DNA of 63,603 bases, counting the filler, from Octopus bimaculoides (taxonomy: Eukaryota): NCBI RefSeq assembly GCF_001194135.2. It is 7 parts of 6 records of this genome, joined end to end, with 100 filler letters (N's around TTAATTAATTAA, not from the genome) between each part and the next. Parts side by side here need not be neighbours in the genome. Positions count along the whole stretch, not along the records: positions 61,511 to 63,603 come from NC_068983.1; 6 more parts are not named here. One strand, written 5' to 3'. Under the pieces are notes generated by a model, which saw only the letters and a program-made list of their open reading frames with translations, was not told the DNA's origin and did no database searches. The stretch's first letter is position 1. Each line of letters starts with the position of its first letter. Both the position numbers and the translations under genes were made by a program. Positions 63,491-63,603 of the stretch are shown here, piece after piece.

Positions 63491-63603
63491 TGTGTGTGTT
63501 TGTGTGTATGTGCGCGCATGTATGTATGTGTGTGTGTCTGTATGACGAAATTACGTGGAAGTGTAAAAGTTTTATAACTAGGAAAAGGGGTTTAAGCTAA
63601 AAT

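Overview
AT-rich, microsatellite- and transposon-dense animal genomic DNA from a gapped draft assembly. The SINE/LINE repertoire suggests an octopus or other cephalopod (inference). The only host gene I can support is a minus-strand copper type II ascorbate-dependent monooxygenase of the MOXD1/DBH family. Five coding exons were recovered by hand (13737-13820, 7265-7447, 5699-5801, 5022-5188, 3789-3991) and carry five of the six canonical copper ligands. The last exon is 1 nt short of frame, and the DOMON and C-terminal exons were not found. The rest is R4/Dong-like RLE LINEs embedded in (TAA)n tracts, RTE and CR1/L2-like LINE fragments, several tRNA-derived SINE families, mariner derivatives, a small non-autonomous Helitron, Penelope-like GIY-YIG relics, and six artificial TTAATTAATTAA gap linkers. 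The most interesting signal is a tRNA-headed (Pol III) SINE carrying a minimal type I, Penelope-style hammerhead ribozyme. The core is intact at 27056-27101 (+) and 61632-61677 (-) and inactivated at 26717-26759 (-). Two copies form a head-to-head ~210-bp-stem palindrome bracketed by a 12-bp direct repeat. A motif-dense GC-rich promoter-like island at 46145-46345 points into a gap on the minus strand. Most long ORFs in the supplied track are artefacts of N runs and microsatellites.
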